51,622 nucleotides of DNA, from positions 12,292,933 through 12,344,554 of the forward strand of contig NC_068997.1 in assembly GCF_001194135.2 (NCBI RefSeq), given 5' to 3'. The notes below the pieces were generated by a model. It ran no database searches. It was not told the origin of the DNA and saw only the letters and a program-made list of their open reading frames with translations. Shown one piece after another: positions 50,371 through 51,622 of the stretch (within the stretch, counting starts at the first letter, position 1; each line of letters starts with the position of its first letter). The position numbers and the translations under genes are program-made. The stretch comes from Octopus bimaculoides (Eukaryota).

Positions 50371-50581
50371 GGGCGGCGTGCTGGCAGAATCGTTAGCACA
50401 CCGGGCAAAATGCTTAGCGGCGTTTCATCCATCTTTACGTTCTTAGTTCGAATTCTGTCGAGTTCACCCTTTCGGGGATGAGGAGTCGATAAAATAAGTA
50501 GCAGTTGAGCACTGATGTCCGCATAATCCACTTACCCACTCGCTTCCCGAAATTGCTGGCCTTGTGCCAAAATATGAAACC
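50371..50581 (+). mobile_element. SINE family B
   Basis: GGGCGGCGTGCTGGCAGAATCGTTAGCACACCGGGCAAAATGCTTAGCGG... Confidence 0.85.
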
Positions 50582-50615
50582 TACATGTAAACGTTTATTT
50601 ATATGTATATATCTG

Positions 50616-50942
50616 TGAAGGCACATGGTTCAGTGTTTAGAGCATCAGGCTCACGATCATAAGGTAGTGAGTCCGATTCCCAGACCAGGCTGTGTTTTCT
50701 TGAGCAAGACACTTCATTTCACATTTGTCCAGTTCACTCAGCTGTGGAAATGAGTTGTGACGTCACTGGCTCCAAGCCATATCGGCCTTTGTCTTTCTCT
50801 GGGATGATATCGGTGTCGTTGAGATGGTAGGCTGGTGTGCATGGGCAACTACTTGTCTTCCATAAACAAACTTGCCTAGATTTGTGCCTCGGAGGATAAC
50901 ATTCTAGGTGCAATCCCATGGTTATTCATGACCGGAGGTCTC
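50616..50942 (+). mobile_element. SINE with family A head/core and a different tail
   Basis: GTGAAGGCACATGGTTCAGTG...TTGAGCAAGACACTTCATTTCAC...CACTCAGCTG, then a tail not homologous to 470-707 or 10352-10636. Confidence 0.8.
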
Positions 50943-51622
50943 CTCTATGTATATGTAAGCACACACGCACACATGTATATATACAGGTGCTTACACCTAT
51001 CAAGTATTACCTCTAAACTTATATATATATAGAAGAGTATTGTAGTTCGCTTGAAGCATTATTGTTTGTAAAGAATAAAAGTTTTGAATGGTATTTTTCA
51101 GCTTATGATCTGCTCTCGCTTTTATATCTAGAAGGACAAACACCAGTTTCTCTATGTGATCGACCTGAAAAATTGTTAAGATATTTTCTTAACACGAAAC
51201 CAATGGTAACCTTAATACACAAATAAAGAGCCTTTATCCACCAATGCGGTGTCGAACACTCCTTCTCATTGTTCGACATTTATAATTTTTCTATCGCCTT
51301 GGCTTCACAGCTCATACCGTTTGTTTTCCCTGTCTTGTTTTTATTGTCTTGTTCTCACTGTCCTGTTCTTGTTAACACTTTCACCCTCTGCAAAAAATTC
51401 CAAATTTTATTTAATTTGCTTTGCGGGAAGGACTGTTCCAACGAAGTTGCGTATTACCCTTGCCTTCGAAACGCGGAGTAGATGAACAAGGACAACTGAC
51501 GAAGGGTTATACTCTTTCTGTTGCATGTCTCGTTTCTGTGTGTTTTTCGTTGTTCGAAAAAAGTTCGTTTTCTGTTTTCGTCTTTATGTTTTCGTTTCTC
51601 ATTGTGTTTAACGTTTTTTTGT

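Noticed and set aside
51430-51515. Second hammerhead (CTTCGAAACGCG ... CTGACGAAGGG)
   Set aside because: The core motifs are in permuted order and stems I and III do not form; it may be a decayed Penelope-related terminus but is not supportable as a ribozyme.

Overview
AT-rich eukaryotic genomic DNA from a draft assembly with 14 N-gaps, saturated with microsatellites (TA, CA, TACA, TAGA, TAA, GAT). The repeat families look like those of an octopod genome (inference from recalled SINE sequences, not a database match). No intact, recognisable protein-coding gene is visible, and nearly all supplied ORFs are microsatellite or N-gap artefacts. The sequence supports: at least 4 tRNA-headed SINE families plus a (CAA)n-tailed family; decayed LINE fragments (one RTE-like, one CR1/L2/Jockey-group-like, three R4/Dong-type restriction-like-endonuclease 3' ends); and several MITEs (mariner, pogo/Tigger-like, hAT-like, and a GG-ended 8-bp-TSD foldback with TTAGGG repeats at its centre). 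The most notable structure is a ~480-bp foldback at 23.1-23.6 kb built from a tRNA-headed element whose tail carries a minimal Penelope-type hammerhead ribozyme motif. A set of phase-compatible + strand exon candidates (16.3-39.0 kb) is reported at low confidence.
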